A DNA stretch of 64,000 bases from a virus. The notes beneath the pieces were generated by a model. The model did no database searches. It saw only the letters and a list, made by a program, of their open reading frames with translations, and was not told the origin of the DNA. Shown here in pieces: positions 62,001 to 64,000 of this stretch. The position numbers were made by a program, and so were the translations under genes. Positions within the stretch are counted from its first letter, which is position 1. Each line of letters opens with the position of its first letter. The stretch lies in the IMG/VR virus record IMGVR_UViG_3300032304_002285, positions 32,001 through 96,000 of that record; one strand, given 5' to 3'.

Positions 62001-64000
62001 TGGTATTTATCAGAATGAGAAAAACCTATCTGGATTAGAAAGCGATAAGGTTATTACCGGGACGCTTGGTAAGGTTAATGAAATTTTGGAAAGAGGCATG
62101 ATGGATCGTCAATCCAAGCAGCAAACGGCTGCTTTGGAATTCCAAAAAACATTTAACAGGCTTAATTCTGAAACCAACAATGCCAAGAAAGAGTTGTTCG
62201 AGTTTAGGAAAGGCTTGGCAGAAGTAAATCTTAAAAGTTTGGCAGAACTTGGTGGAACTGCTGCTGAGTTTGATCAGGCGTTTAAGACGTTGACAGGTTC
62301 TATTACTGGTCGATTTGATTTGATGAAAAAGGCTTTTGATAAGTCTCGTTTTGACATATTAAACAATGGAAAACTTGATGCTCAGACAAGAAGGATGGCA
62401 CTGGATAAACTGCATAAGTCAGAGCTAGATTCGGCTAGAGAATTTGTTGAAGGGATGAAAGCAGCAGCCGAATCTTTATATAAAAGTCCTGAGTTGATCA
62501 AGAAGCAATTACAAGCAAAAATTGCTAAGGCTACTTTTGATTTAAATTTGGAAGGTAGGGTTTTTGAGGCTAGTGAGTCTGGCGAAATGCTCATGAAAGA
62601 GATTCATACTGCTGTTTCAGAGCAGAAGAAGACAGTAGAACAAGCAAATAAAGCGGTAGGTATTGCGGCTAAAACCCAGATTGGCATGTCTCAGGATAAA
62701 ATTAATACCCAAGGGAAAATGGTAAAAAAGTTTTCTTCTGGGAATGATGATGTTTCTAGGGGTATTAGGGAGAGTGTAAACATTAATCCGGAGATGGTTG
62801 CTGCTGTTGAATTTGACCAAAGCAAGATGGGGGATATCTCATCTGAAGCAGCAGAAGTAATCACAAAGAATCTTGTACAATCTGCTGACGGAAAGATTGC
62901 TATTCCGAAAGACATTTACAATTCTCTTACCGATAGTGCTAAAGAGGCTCTTGGTGAAACAGCAGATATTATTACATCACGTTATAATATTGATTTTAAC
63001 CAGCTACAAGCATCCCTCAAAAAGGTTAGTGATGAATTGGATTCTGTTCAGAAGGAGTCGGATGACTTTGCTGCTAAGGTTTCGTCAACAGCATCAACTA
63101 GCCTTCCTGGTTTGATTATGGCCATGAAGAAAAACAATTCTGAGCTTAGGGCTTATGATGAGGCAATTGCAAAAAGCGAAAAGACCTTGAGTACAGAGAC
63201 AGACACAGGGAAAATCAATGCTGCAAGAAGAGATATTAAGGAGGCTCGTGAGAATAAGCAGCAATTACAAGAAGAGCAGGGTAAGAATCAGGATATTTTG
63301 AATAAAAAGGCGGGACAACTAGTTGAGACCATGAAGACAAAAGGTGGTCCTAATAAAGATAAGGTAATCGAAGGGTTTCATGCTTACATCAAGTCTGTTC
63401 AGGATGGGGACTCAGAAAAAGAAGTTCTTAATGAAAAGGAATTGAGTCGGCTTTTCCAAGTAAAAGATGGCTTGACGGGAATGGCTGGTCAGGATTTCCA
63501 AAATCTTCAAAAGATGATGGAGAATGATTCAAAACAAGACGCCCTCTTGAAGCAAAAAGAGGCTCTTTCTTCTTTGAATGTAGACACTTCTGAGAGCATT
63601 AATATGATTCAAGAAGAAGAATTGAGGCGTATTGATGAAACAGCAAAGACAGAGATGGCTGTTCGTGAGTCTATAAGGAAAATGGCTCAAATGTTGTCTG
63701 TTGAATTGGATGATAGGAGTCGAGAGTTAGAGCTTTTAAATATTCGATCTTCCGTGGATGCTGCAATTGGAGATTCGGTTGAGAATCAAGTTGCCAAGAT
63801 GTCTAAGCAGGTAGAGGTTTATGAAGAGCGTTTAAGTCTTAATAAGGAATTAAACGGAAAAATTCAAGAAGAGCTTGTTAATTGGAATCAACAAAAGGGT
63901 GATTTGGAGAAGGCTATAGAGAAAGCGGAAGAAAGTGGAGATACTGATGCTCTGAAAAAATTCAAAGGAGATCTTTCTTATGTAAAAGGAAGAATCAAGG
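59053..64000 (+). CDS. tape measure protein, 3'-truncated (about 1649 codons in window), not in ORF track
   Basis: ATG GCT GGA at 59053 after GGAG; no in-frame stop in the stretches I translated; long helical K/E/A/S sequence with Gly/Ala-rich hydrophobic block at ~61.6-62.0 kb. Confidence 0.8.
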   Translation, partial: MAGVEDFKDLSDAVVDSGNRMRSSLSEAVGAAREMDRVLEAVSKQQTRSLRVSSSYDSSIKSTAVQLKQIKKGAAGVRDTIRAATAAFTSANKALKDFNKLTEDSVDELKEISKVDLSLSGLDSASKNMSAMAKAALELNKAQKGSVAISRQYESTTRDLSENLLKIVGSLKSAATNIRSFNRELKSGKKLGESFRDSLGNMNFEGKISFSVDDSSLASVQDVINNLQKELSADLSVDLGGGKKSKEEVLTEKHYKLDEAYAKRKLSKGESESIEVSQKILREQIRSRKSEGISATAAGKSLDAAKVPKLEGSDFSKPKGLSLDYSMFDKVIAQLTKNNRFTKTMGRDSSTTSKDIGAMADEALTKGSLYTHDAVLENLLKKQIDILNKQVDIEKSGPQNSASITRQIDLSAELAKFKKMLSSLDDLGAGVQTKVRQRIRRKKNSMSAEDAFSDVVPSLKGELDEAGKKSKGAATADLVPKEWDKEIKKINKGMLVLKNTMKNSSSWFEMEHAKEKLEELAVEAQNLRSFKEIVKDFDEAELAELRLAIATGKLNEKMVEIIGNKDEFSDVFNSQAEAAKAAAESDSSLEKEMNKKFSVMGKLNKKFEEGKEEAIKFTGGSTMAGGAMAAGGLAALFLAKELGELAEKYKEAAIGLSEFNVEMDAQSTKAFGSGATDTAFKKIRSELHLTKKEAGGFFDVLTEGYLGGVVSVQKLVAAGNQLKHTFGGDQTKRLKEYVELLKEIPTIETDLSISANSDDKTAALFALAQKGKISTVMELQAAGLAGGVKTMDRASKEDVKLLNAAHSTEKAVQDIKDAMLNKFFPTWGPQFAAITENTAEISKLLLKVVVLAGAMKAFGAMSKLGGISGIAGKMGMGAAAGGAPGAAGLAAGVSAKAFGALNVALGSFATTVALAGVAFGVAGHLVQKSADKSEEAGDTVAAEQKRFSAGILKTTATIATFAVIGSLVPVIGTVAGALAGLAVGIYQNEKNLSGLESDKVITGTLGKVNEILERGMMDRQSKQQTAALEFQKTFNRLNSETNNAKKELFEFRKGLAEVNLKSLAELGGTAAEFDQAFKTLTGSITGRFDLMKKAFDKSRFDILNNGKLDAQTRRMALDKLHKSELDSAREFVEGMKAAAESLYKSPELIKKQLQAKIAKATFDLNLEGRVFEASESGEMLMKEIHTAVSEQKKTVEQANKAVGIAAKTQIGMSQDKINTQGKMVKKFSSGNDDVSRGIRESVNINPEMVAAVEFDQSKMGDISSEAAEVITKNLVQSADGKIAIPKDIYNSLTDSAKEALGETADIITSRYNIDFNQLQASLKKVSDELDSVQKESDDFAAKVSSTASTSLPGLIMAMKKNNSELRAYDEAIAKSEKTLSTETDTGKINAARRDIKEARENKQQLQEEQGKNQDILNKKAGQLVETMKTKGGPNKDKVIEGFHAYIKSVQDGDSEKEVLNEKELSRLFQVKDGLTGMAGQDFQNLQKMMENDSKQDALLKQKEALSSLNVDTSESINMIQEEELRRIDETAKTEMAVRESIRKMAQMLSVELDDRSRELELLNIRSSVDAAIGDSVENQVAKMSKQVEVYEERLSLNKELNGKIQEELVNWNQQKGDLEKAIEKAEESGDTDALKKFKGDLSYVKGRIK

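Noticed and set aside
1-64000. Integrase/att site, IS elements, diversity-generating retroelement, group I/II introns, inteins
   Set aside because: No recombinase, transposase or reverse transcriptase motifs, no TR/VR repeat pair, and no interrupted conserved gene seen.

Overview
A 64-kb piece of a large (jumbo-type) tailed dsDNA phage genome. Every credible gene is on the + strand; the long - strand ORFs are antisense shadows of G/T-rich codon usage. Order: (1) 0-7.9 kb, enzyme-like genes (papain-like, YiiX/C92, ParB-like, two zincins, GNAT), most carrying a shared amphipathic 'IAxELLKIAKxL' motif. (2) 7.9-8.7 kb, a non-coding junction with a 10-bp tandem array and an abrupt base-composition reset. 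(3) 8.7-29 kb, early-type genes behind a repeated TTGGAT-N16/17-TAATA(G/C) promoter motif: CobT-like VWA, CobS/MoxR AAA+, a WGR/'CINNLG' paralog family, NAD-dependent DNA ligase, a half-SMC, a second AAA+ and a lysozyme-like enzyme. (4) A second composition reset at ~29 kb, then an HD hydrolase, YopX and glycosyltransferases. (5) 35.8-41.3 kb, 18 tRNAs, a tmRNA, two HNH endonucleases, two atypical CCA-ended tRNA-like RNAs, several unexplained structured ncRNA candidates and rrn-like boxA motifs, followed by three L7/L12-CTD paralogs. (6) More motif-tagged genes including a RelA/SpoT-like synthetase, plus a possible spanin pair. (7) 48.6-64 kb, a neck/tail module with three tail-tube-like paralogs, three chaperone-like paralogs and a tape-measure gene running off the window. 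All family calls come from motif recognition by eye; no database search was run.
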